A DNA stretch of 64,000 nt. It comes from a virus. Each line of letters opens with the position of its first letter. Positions within the stretch are counted from its first letter, which is position 1. Where the stretch lies: positions 1-64,000 of IMG/VR virus record IMGVR_UViG_3300037261_000044; one strand, given 5' to 3'. A program made the position numbers and the translations under genes. This document shows positions 8,936 through 17,804 of this stretch, piece after piece. The notes beneath the pieces were generated by a model. It did not search any database. It was given only the letters and a program-made list of their open reading frames with translations, and was not told the DNA's origin.

Positions 8936-9898
8936 ATGGTCGGTAACACGAACTACGATGTCATCAACACGGTCACGCTTCAGAAGTACGCCGAGCACAC
9001 GCTCCGCGATAACATCTTCGACAGTTCGGCCTTCCTCCGGCTCATCAAGGAGCGGCGCAACGTCCAGTTGGACGGTGGTTCCAAGATTGTTGAGCCAATC
9101 ATGTTCGGTCGGAACGGCACCGCCGGTTCCTACGCCGGGTACGACGGCCTGAGCAACGCCCCGCAGGGCGGTGTCAGCCAAGCCGAGTTTGCATGGAAGC
9201 AGAACTACGCCAGTGTCATCATCTCGGGCCTTGAGGACGAGGTGCAAAACACGGGCGAGGCTGCGGTCATCAAGCTGCTCGACGCCAAGATGGCGCAGGC
9301 AGAAGAGTCGCTGATTCGCGTCATGAACCAGCAACTCTACGCGGACGGCACCGGCAACGCCGGGAAGGACATCACCGGCCTCGCGCTGGCGGTCTCCGCT
9401 GCCGGGACGTACGGCAACATCAACCGGACGACTGAGACGTACTGGGCTTCGCAGTCCAGCGCTGCGGGCGGCGCGCTCGCGGTCGAAGGTTCCTCGGTCT
9501 CCATGCAGCGCACCTTCGACAACTGCTCGAAGGGTGGTGGCAAGATGGCCCCCGACCTCGCCATCACGACCCGTGCGGTCTACGAGGCGTACGAGCAGTT
9601 CTTCACCCCCGACCGCCGCTACAGCGACGACCGGCTCGCGAGCTACGGCTTCATCAGCCTGAAGTTCAAGGGTGCCTGCGACGTGACGTGGGAAGAGGAC
9701 TGCACCACGCAGACGCTCTTCTTCCTCAACACGAAGACGTTCAAGTTCATCTCGCACCCGGCGAGGAACTTCAAGGTCAACGGGCCGTTCTACCCGTCGA
9801 ACGAGGACAGCAAAATCTGGCACATCCTCTGGGCCGGTGCGCTGACCTGCAACGAGCCGCGACGTAACGGCATCATGACGGGCATCACCAACGCCTAA
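8936..9898 (+). CDS. Major capsid protein (HK97-fold family)
   Basis: ~320 aa; DNIF...L...GG..I..PI, WKQ.YASV.ISG.E...N.GE..VI.LL and LYADGTGN.GK.I.GL patterns typical of phage capsids; strong codon bias; GGGAG SD before ATG 8936. Confidence 0.85.
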   Translation: MVGNTNYDVINTVTLQKYAEHTLRDNIFDSSAFLRLIKERRNVQLDGGSKIVEPIMFGRNGTAGSYAGYDGLSNAPQGGVSQAEFAWKQNYASVIISGLEDEVQNTGEAAVIKLLDAKMAQAEESLIRVMNQQLYADGTGNAGKDITGLALAVSAAGTYGNINRTTETYWASQSSAAGGALAVEGSSVSMQRTFDNCSKGGGKMAPDLAITTRAVYEAYEQFFTPDRRYSDDRLASYGFISLKFKGACDVTWEEDCTTQTLFFLNTKTFKFISHPARNFKVNGPFYPSNEDSKIWHILWAGALTCNEPRRNGIMTGITNA

Positions 9899-9917
9899 GC
9901 GTTGAAGTAGGAGCTAC

Positions 9918-9946
9918 GGGGTGGGGGCGGAAACCCCCACCTCTCT
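9918..9946 (+). terminator. GC hairpin after the capsid gene (weak terminator or stabiliser)
   Basis: GGGGTGGGGG-cggaaa-CCCCCACCTC with a poor U tract. Confidence 0.55.
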
Positions 9947-9949
9947 CAA

Positions 9950-9986
9950 GCAACCGATGTGGGCGTAACACCCATTCAAGGAAAGG
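9950..9986 (+). promoter_or_regulatory. Conserved leader element, copy 1
   Basis: GCAACCGATGTGG-gcgtaacac-CCATTCAAGGAAAGG; a near-identical copy lies at 10565-10600. Confidence 0.6.
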
Positions 9987-9995
9987 CACACGACA

Positions 9996-10514
9996 ATGAC
10001 TATCGGCGCAAAGGTTTCCAGCACGGCTCGTTTCGCGGACTTGATTCGCGGTGACGGCGTTTCAGAACCCGGCTTTCAGGCCGGTGGCCCGCAGAACAAG
10101 AAGATGTACTGTGCCCTCTGGGACGACTCGGTGGACGGTCACCTGCCCATTCAGGTCTCCAACGGTGGCATGGGTCTCGGCGTCTTCCTGCCGAAGAACT
10201 TCCACGTGACGAACTCGTTCCATCACGTCCTCGTTGTGCCGGTTGGCCCGACCAACATGGGCATCTCGTCTGAGGCCGACTTCGACCTCTCGGCGTCGGC
10301 AGCCATCTCGGGCGCGCCGTGGAGCACGACGGGCGTCAAGCACGGGTCAGCCGTTGACCAAGACGTGGCGCAGGTCGCAGTGACCACGCAGATTACCACG
10401 ACCGTGGCGCGTGAAATCCAGCTTGTCGCGACGGTCGCCGTCTCGTCAGCCGGTCGCGTCGCCATCTGGGTCGAGGGCTTCTTCACCGTCGTCGCCACGC
10501 AGGGCGCGAGCTAA
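9996..10514 (+). CDS. Putative capsid decoration/minor head protein
   Basis: Directly after the capsid gene; beta-strand-rich 172 aa; strong SD. Confidence 0.55.
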   Translation: MTIGAKVSSTARFADLIRGDGVSEPGFQAGGPQNKKMYCALWDDSVDGHLPIQVSNGGMGLGVFLPKNFHVTNSFHHVLVVPVGPTNMGISSEADFDLSASAAISGAPWSTTGVKHGSAVDQDVAQVAVTTQITTTVAREIQLVATVAVSSAGRVAIWVEGFFTVVATQGAS

Positions 10515-10564
10515 CCAAAGACACAAGCGCGCTGGGCGGCGGGTCACCGCCGCCTATCGCTGGT

Positions 10565-10600
10565 GCATCCGATGTGGCTGCACAGCCATTCAAGGAAAGG
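10565..10600 (+). promoter_or_regulatory. Conserved leader element, copy 2
   Basis: GCATCCGATGTGG-ctgcacag-CCATTCAAGGAAAGG, preceded by a GC hairpin (10533-10556) as copy 1 is. Confidence 0.6.
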
Positions 10601-10608
10601 TTCCTGAC

Positions 10609-11277
10609 ATGACCATCAAGACTCGCAACATCGCAAACAACGCCATCACAGCGGCGAAGCTGACCTCCACGCTCGCCACCGGCTTCATCGAGTTGCCCCT
10701 GCACAACTGGCGTGCTGTTCAGACCAACGACATGGACGTAGTGGCCGTCACCACCTTCGGTTCGGGTGGTGTGCTCGGTCGAGACGCGACGCCTGTGTTG
10801 GAGCGCGTGAGCACGTCAACTGACAAGGCTGAGCGAATCAAGTCGGCGTCTTCGGGTGCGATTGAAATCGCGCAGCCCGTGCGACTCCCTGACGACTACG
10901 ACCAGACTGTGGGCATGGTGTTCCACATCAGGACTTCCATCGGTTCTGGTGGTGGTGCCACCACAGACTTCGCAGCGGTGTTCACCGTTGGGTTCTGGCT
11001 CCAAGGCGCTGTCGGGGCGTACGTCCTCAGCGTTGACGGCGGCGGGGCCACGCAGTCGTATGCCACGGCCTTCGCAGCGGCCAACCCGGTCATTGCACAG
11101 GCCAGCGGCGCAGGTGCCATCGTTGAGTTGACTGCCGCCATCGCGGCTCCGTCCACGGCAGCGCAGAAGTTGGCTTCTGTTCCCGGTGCGGTTGTCAACG
11201 CGACAATCACTCCCGGTACCCACACGACGGACACCCAGAACATCTACGCGACGTGGATAACGTACGCCCGCAAGTAG
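10609..11277 (+). CDS. Putative virion structural protein
   Basis: Starts MTIKTRNIANNAITAAKL (IAxxAITAAKL fibre-type motif); SD AAGGAAAGG. Confidence 0.55.
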   Translation: MTIKTRNIANNAITAAKLTSTLATGFIELPLHNWRAVQTNDMDVVAVTTFGSGGVLGRDATPVLERVSTSTDKAERIKSASSGAIEIAQPVRLPDDYDQTVGMVFHIRTSIGSGGGATTDFAAVFTVGFWLQGAVGAYVLSVDGGGATQSYATAFAAANPVIAQASGAGAIVELTAAIAAPSTAAQKLASVPGAVVNATITPGTHTTDTQNIYATWITYARK

Positions 11278-11286
11278 GAACTGATG

Positions 11287-11310
11287 GGGCCGGGGAGACC
11301 CGGCCCTTTC
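11287..11310 (+). terminator. Intrinsic terminator
   Basis: GGGCCGGG-gaga-CCCGGCCC-TTT. Confidence 0.6.
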
Positions 11311-11329
11311 CAAACTCAGGAGTACCACC

Positions 11330-11503
11330 ATGGCGACATACCACGACAACGAAAACCTTCGCAAGACCACTGCTCTGATTACGGATGGCCCGGAGACTGC
11401 GGCTCAGGCGACTCAGCGCACTGCGGTCGTAGCGGCCATCAAGTCGTCCTACGCCGTCTCCCCCTCGAACATTGGCACCAACCAGCCCACACCGAAGCCC
11501 TAG
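11330..11503 (+). CDS. Small hypothetical protein (57 aa, not in ORF track)
   Basis: AGGAG SD; MATYHDNENLRK...PTPKP*. Confidence 0.6.
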   Translation: MATYHDNENLRKTTALITDGPETAAQATQRTAVVAAIKSSYAVSPSNIGTNQPTPKP

Positions 11504-11518
11504 TAGGAGCATACAGTC

Positions 11519-11743
11519 ATGGGTGGTGCAGGTCTTCCCAGTGGCCCCGCAGAACCAAACGACGACAGTCAGAACACGGTCAACGATGTCATCACTGACG
11601 CGCCCGGTGTAGCGGATGTTCCGCAGGCACCGCCGGTCACCCTTGACGCCGCGACCGTAGCCACCGCCAAGAAGCTGTGGGAGTCCAAGGACGGCGCGGT
11701 GCCGCCGGATGCCAGTACATCCACGCCTACACCGCAGATTTAG
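11519..11743 (+). CDS. Small hypothetical protein
   Basis: AGGAG SD; continues the operon. Confidence 0.55.
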   Translation: MGGAGLPSGPAEPNDDSQNTVNDVITDAPGVADVPQAPPVTLDAATVATAKKLWESKDGAVPPDASTSTPTPQI

Positions 11744-11769
11744 GGCGCTGGTCTTCAGTGCCTCAGAAA

Positions 11770-11784
11770 TGGTAGAATAAGAGT
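11770..11784 (+). promoter_or_regulatory. Extended -10 promoter, leaderless start
   Basis: TGgTAGAAT-aagagt-ATG; no SD. Confidence 0.6.
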
Positions 11785-12171
11785 ATGGCAACGCACAATT
11801 ATCGCTGCTCGTCCTGCAACCTAACCGAGGAAAAGACCTGCCTGATTGCTGAAGCAGAGGCGCAGGTCTGCCGGAAGTGTGGTGGCCCGGTCGAGCAATT
11901 GTTTTGTCCACCGACCCAGATTATCTCCTGCCCGCAGGCGTTCAAGCAGACGTTCGGCGAGCAGTTCGGAACCTCATCGCGCAAGGACTGGGAAGCAGCC
12001 AATCCTCACGCGACGCAGGACATCAGTCCTTCACGGTTCAGGACGCGGCGTCAGAAGGATGAAGCGCGCTGGGCGAGGGCCAACAAAGACGCAGCCGAAG
12101 CGGAACACGCTCTCCGAGCGAATGCCACGCTGACAGCCTCACCGAAGAAGAAGAAAAGGAGCGCCGCCTAA
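11785..12171 (+). CDS. FmdB-type zinc-ribbon protein
   Basis: YRCSSC ... CRKCGG; basic C-terminus. Confidence 0.65.
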   Translation: MATHNYRCSSCNLTEEKTCLIAEAEAQVCRKCGGPVEQLFCPPTQIISCPQAFKQTFGEQFGTSSRKDWEAANPHATQDISPSRFRTRRQKDEARWARANKDAAEAEHALRANATLTASPKKKKRSAA

Positions 12172-12815
12172 TGACCGCCAAGAAGACCACTACCAAAACA
12201 GCCCGCCCCGGCAATGCCGCCGCGCGTGCCGCACGCCCAGTTGCCGCGCCAGTGCCAGAGCCAACGATGGCCGACATCATGGCGCAGATGCGCGCCCTCA
12301 CCGACCGCGTTGCCGCTGGCGAGACTGAGAACGAGCGCCTGAAGGCAGCCCTCAAGGAGGCGCAAGAGACCGGTGCATTCACGGACGAGTTCGGCCAGAA
12401 GGTCGTCATCCTTGACCGCAACATGGAAGGCGTCAACGCCGGGATGCACGACAAGCCGGGTACCATTCCCGAAATCCTCGACGTGATGGAGAAGCAGGCG
12501 AAGATGCGCCGGGAGAAGTTCGACCGGCCCCGCACAGAGGCCATTCTCCGTGGCGAGGAAGTCCAAGACCTCAGCGAGTACATCTGCGACCGCTGTGGCC
12601 GCTCTGAAGAGCGGTGGGCAGCCCACCCTGAACTCTTCGACGCTCACGTAGAGCACCACATCACTGGCAAGGCGCAAGCCTACCGTGGTGCGAAGAAGGT
12701 GCGCCGAGTGGACGCCGAAGACGACGAAGATGCGGAGCGCGCTGTGCTGGCGCGCCTGCAAGAGAAGTACGGAATCGTCCGCGAGACCGACAGTGGCCTC
12801 GCCATCGCGAGGTAG
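12171..12815 (+). CDS. Hypothetical protein with coiled coil and CxxC/His motif
   Basis: TAATG coupling; CDRC...HVEHH. Confidence 0.65.
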   Translation: MTAKKTTTKTARPGNAAARAARPVAAPVPEPTMADIMAQMRALTDRVAAGETENERLKAALKEAQETGAFTDEFGQKVVILDRNMEGVNAGMHDKPGTIPEILDVMEKQAKMRREKFDRPRTEAILRGEEVQDLSEYICDRCGRSEERWAAHPELFDAHVEHHITGKAQAYRGAKKVRRVDAEDDEDAERAVLARLQEKYGIVRETDSGLAIAR

Positions 12816-12817
12816 TC

Positions 12818-13264
12818 ATGCTTCGTAATCTCGCCATCTGCAAGACGGCAGCCAACCCTAACGGGACTGTCGTCATTGCCATCAACACGTTCCTCAGTGG
12901 CTCCATTGAAATCCCTGCCGGGTACGCCTGTGCCGGGGTGCAGTTCCCTGCTACGTGGGACGTGGCTGACCTCGGGTTCCAAGTATCCACCGATGGCGGG
13001 ACGACATTCCTCGACATTCTCGACCCGAACAGGGTCGTCAGCACCACGCAGTTGGTAGTGACACCAAACTTCATGCGCATCAGCGGTATCCCCACGGCTG
13101 CCGTCTCATTCGGCCTGACGCCTGTCCCGTTCCATGAGATTGGCCTCGGCATGCAGATGAAGTTCAAGGCACTGACGCCTGCTGACGACACACACTTTGA
13201 CAGCGGTGGTGGTGGTGTCGCCGCAGCGCGTACGCTGACCATCTGGATTGGCAGGCCGAACTAA
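12818..13264 (+). CDS. Putative virion protein (short paralog)
   Basis: Aligns by eye with both termini of 13264..14136. Confidence 0.65.
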   Translation: MLRNLAICKTAANPNGTVVIAINTFLSGSIEIPAGYACAGVQFPATWDVADLGFQVSTDGGTTFLDILDPNRVVSTTQLVVTPNFMRISGIPTAAVSFGLTPVPFHEIGLGMQMKFKALTPADDTHFDSGGGGVAAARTLTIWIGRPN

Positions 13265-14136
13265 TGCTGCGCGCACTGCACAAGCAAGGGACAGTTACGA
13301 TACCGGGCGGCACTGCTGTCAGCAATGCCCTCTACATCCCAGTGGCCCACGCTATCGCTGCGGTGCAAACGCCGTTCAAGTGGACAGCGGCAGACATCGG
13401 TCTTCAGATTTCGCGGGACGGCGGTATCGTCAACTTCATGGACGTTCTCGACCCGAACCGTGTCAGTTCAGCAACGCAGTTGGCCGCTGCCCCCAACTTC
13501 GCCCGCGTGAATGGAATCCCGGTCGGCGTTGCTTTCGAGCAGGTGTGGTCGAATGATGTCGGCGGCGCTGGCTATGCAGACCTTACGACAGCAGCAGGAA
13601 ACGTAGCTACCGCTGACGTGCCGTTCTTTCCTGACACATCTGCCTTCACAGACGCCGACGAGTTCATTGTCGGAATGGCAGCGAAGTTCGGGCACATCAC
13701 TGTCGTCCTGTCTACAGCCCTTACCGGCGCAGGTGTGACACTCGACGTGAGTTTCAGTACGGGTGCCAACACGTGGACATCCCTGACGGCAGCGAACAAC
13801 CTCCTAGACGGAACTAATGCCTTGACACAGAGCGGGGACATCAGTTGGACTGACCCCGGTGCGACGTGGATAGCGGGTCTCGTCAACGCCGTGAGCAAGT
13901 TCTACATTCGCATCAAGCTGAAGGCCAACCCGACAGGTGTCCCGGTTGGCTCACAGGTCTTGAACGGAACATCCGCCGCCTTCGGTCTGACCTCCCTGCC
14001 CCAGCACGAAGTGGGGATAGGGACGTTCGTGCAATTCACCAGCCTCAACGTAGTCAGCGACGCCGCTGTTAACCAAGGCGCGGCAAGTCCGGCAGACGAC
14101 CGGGTGCTAGGCATCTGGGTAGGAAGGGTCGATTAA
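13264..14136 (+). CDS. Putative virion protein (long paralog with inserted beta-rich domain)
   Basis: Paralog of the preceding gene plus a ~145-aa insert. Confidence 0.65.
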   Translation: MLRALHKQGTVTIPGGTAVSNALYIPVAHAIAAVQTPFKWTAADIGLQISRDGGIVNFMDVLDPNRVSSATQLAAAPNFARVNGIPVGVAFEQVWSNDVGGAGYADLTTAAGNVATADVPFFPDTSAFTDADEFIVGMAAKFGHITVVLSTALTGAGVTLDVSFSTGANTWTSLTAANNLLDGTNALTQSGDISWTDPGATWIAGLVNAVSKFYIRIKLKANPTGVPVGSQVLNGTSAAFGLTSLPQHEVGIGTFVQFTSLNVVSDAAVNQGAASPADDRVLGIWVGRVD

Positions 14137-14138
14137 CC

Positions 14139-14471
14139 ATGTACGCCATTGAAGACCTCCGCATCAACGAGCCAGACCCCGACGCCGAACCCGGCACGCA
14201 GTCGGCCAAGAAGACCATCTGTGTCACGCTGCGGTGCGATGGGTACGAGTCCGGCCTCATCAACAAGAGCTACGGCGACACTCTCGCGCCATCCGGCAGG
14301 AGTGAGGTGGGCAGCAACTACATCTACCTGACCATTCCGTTCTCCGACGACCCACGCACCGTCGCCGCGCGCATCAAGGCGAAGATTGCGGAGATGAAGG
14401 TTGACCATCAGGCTGAGACCGTCCTGCTGGGTCGAGTACGAGAACTTGGCGCATCGGCGCTGAACGCCTAG
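14139..14471 (+). CDS. Hypothetical protein
   Basis: Operon continuity; codon usage. Confidence 0.6.
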   Translation: MYAIEDLRINEPDPDAEPGTQSAKKTICVTLRCDGYESGLINKSYGDTLAPSGRSEVGSNYIYLTIPFSDDPRTVAARIKAKIAEMKVDHQAETVLLGRVRELGASALNA

Positions 14472-14491
14472 AGCGTACCCGAGGGAGAGCG

Positions 14492-14977
14492 ATGCCTGAA
14501 AAGGTTCAAGCCCCGCAGCCGGACGACGAAGACGCGGAACACCCCAGTTACCCTGACCGCGTTACCCTGCGCGACCTGTACGACATCACCAAGGGCGTTC
14601 GCGAGGACTTTGCCTCCGCTGCACGGGCGGCGCGGGAAGAGCGGGAAGACCTCATGCGGACTATCGACTGGCGTTTCGACGCACAAGGTTCGCGCCTCGA
14701 CACGCTGGTGAACACAACCAACCATCGTCTGGACGACTTCACCAATCAGATGGAATCCAACCGGTTGGAGGCAGCCATTGCTGTCGGGAAGATAACTCCC
14801 ACGGCAATCGGGGCCATCTCAGCCAAGGATGTAGCAGGCATCCTCGTAGGCCAACTCACCCGCTCTCGGTTGGTGTGGTTCGGCCTTGTAGCATACCTCT
14901 TCATCGGACTGCCGGTCGTGGTCAATAACTGGGCCATCATCCTGCAACACCTGAACAATCTGCCATTTCACTATTAA
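14492..14977 (+). CDS. Coiled-coil protein with C-terminal transmembrane helix
   Basis: LVWFGLVAYLFIGLPVVV hydrophobic segment; SD GAGGGAG. Confidence 0.6.
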   Translation: MPEKVQAPQPDDEDAEHPSYPDRVTLRDLYDITKGVREDFASAARAAREEREDLMRTIDWRFDAQGSRLDTLVNTTNHRLDDFTNQMESNRLEAAIAVGKITPTAIGAISAKDVAGILVGQLTRSRLVWFGLVAYLFIGLPVVVNNWAIILQHLNNLPFHY

Positions 14978-14988
14978 GGGGGTGAACC

Positions 14989-17511
14989 ATGGCGTTCATT
15001 CCCAACGAAGGTGACGCCCCTCTCGACGGAGAACAGGCTGAACTCGACAGCGTTGACCTGACCATCATCCTCGATGGGTTTCGCTTGCGCGGCGTGAAGA
15101 ACGGCTGCGGCGTCACCGCTGGCCCCGGCGCTCTCCAAGTCACTGTCGCCCCCGGCACACTCACCTACGATACAGGTGCAGACATTGCCACTGGTGGCGG
15201 TGTGCTTGCCATTGCTGCCGCAGGCCCGCACACGCGATTCGACCTCGTGGTGGTGAACAGTGCAGGCGCGGTCTCCGTCATCAGCGGGGCGGCGAACTGG
15301 TCAACCATCTACGGGCCAACTTTCCCGACGTACTCTAACGTCATCGTGCTGGCCGCTGTGTGCGTGCTCTCTACGACCACGACCCTCGCCGCCGCAGACA
15401 TCATCGACAAGCGCGTGATGGTGAATCTGTACGGCGGCACGTACACGGATGCCAAGGCAGTTGCCGCTGTCGCAGCATTGCTCACGGACACTGCCACCAT
15501 CGACCTTGACTTCGAAGGTGGGGTCTTCCTTGCCGACGTGATACCCGGTGGTGTAGACCATAACAGTCTCGCGAATCTGGCAGTGGGTAATGTCCACACC
15601 CAGTACATCACCAAGGCTACACTCGTCTCCACAGGCGACCTGCTGTACGCCTCCGGCGCGGCGACTCCCGCTAACCTTTCTGTGGTTGTCCCAGCGGCTA
15701 ACGTGCGCAATGTCCTCGGGCTGGACAATGGCGACACGGTTCCTGCATGGAAGACAGCACTCGACTCCACAGCACCTAGCACCAGTGCTGTAGGGGACGC
15801 CGCCGCCGCCGGGACGAGTCTAATCATGGCCCACCGCGACCACACTCATGGCCGCGAATCGTTTGCTTCCCCGACGATAGCGCTGGGCACAGCCGCCGCT
15901 ACAGGCGCGGCTACGACCCACATCAGGTCGGACGCGACAATCATCGCCTTCGACGTGACCGTGCCGACCACCTCAGCCATGGGTGACGCCGCAGCGACCG
16001 GAGTTATCAACTTCGCGGCGCGTCGCGACCACAAGCACGCGCGAGAGTCCTTCGCCACCAACGCTATCCTGTTGGGCACCGCTGCCAGCGCCGGAGCCGC
16101 GACCACCCCGTTCCGTAGCAACGACACTATCGCGGCGTTCGATGGCTCCGTGCCAACCACCATCCACGCATCGGACGCGGCAGCCACAGGCAGCATCGCC
16201 TTCGCGGCGCGACGCGACCACGTGCACGGCGCTCCGGCGACCTACCCGGCGACGGCGCACACCCTTATCGGCACGACGCACAGCGACACGAATGCGGCTG
16301 GCGGTATTCCAGTGCGTGGCGACGTGCTCATTGGCAACAGCACCCCCGCATGGGACAGGCTTGGTCTCGGTGCAAACGGCTCCGTCTTCTGGACGAATGG
16401 CACTGACCCGAGTTGGACAATCAGTCCGCTCATCGGTGGCTACGTCGCTGTGGGCGTCGTGGCGGCTCCCCTCAACACGACAGCCGGTGACTTTACAGCG
16501 CAGCGATTGGTGCTCGGTGTTGATACCTTTCTCTCGACGCTTCCAATTCTGCTGTACGCGACATCAACGCACACGGCTTCGACGGGTAGCGCTGCGACAC
16601 TGGTTATCAATGACAACTTCAACCCGGCAGCCAGCAACATTTCGGCACAGGTCTTTCAGTTCACCGGAACAATAACTCCGACCATTAACATGTTGACCTC
16701 TAGGAGTTACCAAGGGTTCGTTGGGAACCTCGTTTCAAGCGGGACGTTCAACATCCCCAACATGACTGGTTTCAACATGTCCGTACTTCATCGTTCTTCC
16801 GGTACGATGGCGGGATTGGTTGGGATGTCCTTCATCGTGAAAGCCGGAGGTGGTGCCGGTGCAACCACAGAGATAGATGGTGTCAGTGTCTCTGTTGGCA
16901 CGGACGCAACGACAGGCGACACCAACACAACTCACCCACTGGTGCGCGGGATACACGCCTTTATCATCGGGAAGGACATTAACCTCGCGCACACCTTCAC
17001 GTCGGCAGTGGGGTTGCACATTGACCGTCCCAACTCGATGCGCCAGACCATCATCACCACCCTGCGGGGCGTCCAGATTGATGACCTTGGCATCACGACT
17101 ATCAGTGCTCTCACCGACCTCATCGCGCTCGACATCGCCTTTCAAACGGTGGGGTCAGGAGTTCTCGGCGGTATCCGTAATGCCAGCACGACCATCCTCA
17201 CGCCGTCCACGTCACAGACACTCATTGCCGCCACGGCCATCACGGCTAACGCGACAGTCATCCAGATTACCGCTGCCACGGCCATCACCCTGACGAGCGC
17301 GCCGACCGTCACCATTGGGTATGGGCAGGGCCAGAAAATCACCATCATCAATGTCGGCACGAACAACATCACGTTGCAAGACCACAACACGCTGGCGTCG
17401 TCGTCGCTCTCGCTCTCCGCGAACACGATTACGCTTGGCCCGAACGACAGCATCACCCTGCTCTACGTCGGCACACTCTGGGTGCAGATAGCACAGGTCA
17501 ACGTCCTGTAG
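14989..17511 (+). CDS. Tail fibre/receptor-binding protein
   Basis: 840 aa, Thr/Ala/Gly-rich; N-terminal anchor-like domain (RFDLVVV...); repeated RDHxH motifs; beta-rich C-terminus. Confidence 0.75.
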   Translation: MAFIPNEGDAPLDGEQAELDSVDLTIILDGFRLRGVKNGCGVTAGPGALQVTVAPGTLTYDTGADIATGGGVLAIAAAGPHTRFDLVVVNSAGAVSVISGAANWSTIYGPTFPTYSNVIVLAAVCVLSTTTTLAAADIIDKRVMVNLYGGTYTDAKAVAAVAALLTDTATIDLDFEGGVFLADVIPGGVDHNSLANLAVGNVHTQYITKATLVSTGDLLYASGAATPANLSVVVPAANVRNVLGLDNGDTVPAWKTALDSTAPSTSAVGDAAAAGTSLIMAHRDHTHGRESFASPTIALGTAAATGAATTHIRSDATIIAFDVTVPTTSAMGDAAATGVINFAARRDHKHARESFATNAILLGTAASAGAATTPFRSNDTIAAFDGSVPTTIHASDAAATGSIAFAARRDHVHGAPATYPATAHTLIGTTHSDTNAAGGIPVRGDVLIGNSTPAWDRLGLGANGSVFWTNGTDPSWTISPLIGGYVAVGVVAAPLNTTAGDFTAQRLVLGVDTFLSTLPILLYATSTHTASTGSAATLVINDNFNPAASNISAQVFQFTGTITPTINMLTSRSYQGFVGNLVSSGTFNIPNMTGFNMSVLHRSSGTMAGLVGMSFIVKAGGGAGATTEIDGVSVSVGTDATTGDTNTTHPLVRGIHAFIIGKDINLAHTFTSAVGLHIDRPNSMRQTIITTLRGVQIDDLGITTISALTDLIALDIAFQTVGSGVLGGIRNASTTILTPSTSQTLIAATAITANATVIQITAATAITLTSAPTVTIGYGQGQKITIINVGTNNITLQDHNTLASSSLSLSANTITLGPNDSITLLYVGTLWVQIAQVNVL
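15769..16230 (+). repeat. Intragenic ~63-aa (~189-bp) tandem repeat, ~2.5 copies
   Basis: DAAAxG....A(H/R)RDHxH occurs three times, linked twice by RESFA..I.LGTAA..GAATT..RS..TI.AFD..VPTT. Confidence 0.75.
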
Positions 17512-17512
17512 G

Positions 17513-17521
17513 TGGTATACT
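17513..17521 (+). promoter_or_regulatory. Extended -10 element
   Basis: TGgTATACT between the fibre stop and the next gene. Confidence 0.5.
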
Positions 17522-17533
17522 AAGTAGGAAGCG

Positions 17534-17794
17534 ATGATTATTCAGCAGACCACGACGTACGGCGGAACAGACCCTTGGGCACCAGCGGCGGGGGTTGTCT
17601 TCGATGTGCAGAGTGGTGTAGTCGTCATCCTAGACCCGCGCGATGGAATCGTGCACATCCAGTCCATGCCAGACGCCGATGCGCTGGTTATCCCTGACGA
17701 CCAGTATTGGCAGGTCAGCGGCAACGTCCTCATTTTGAATGTCGGCTGCGCCGTCCAACTCGGCACTAACGCTGTTATCGAAGTGACTGTATAA
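17534..17794 (+). CDS. Small tail-associated protein
   Basis: Between two fibre-like genes; beta-rich. Confidence 0.55.
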   Translation: MIIQQTTTYGGTDPWAPAAGVVFDVQSGVVVILDPRDGIVHIQSMPDADALVIPDDQYWQVSGNVLILNVGCAVQLGTNAVIEVTV

Positions 17795-17804
17795 GGAGTC
17801 CGCC

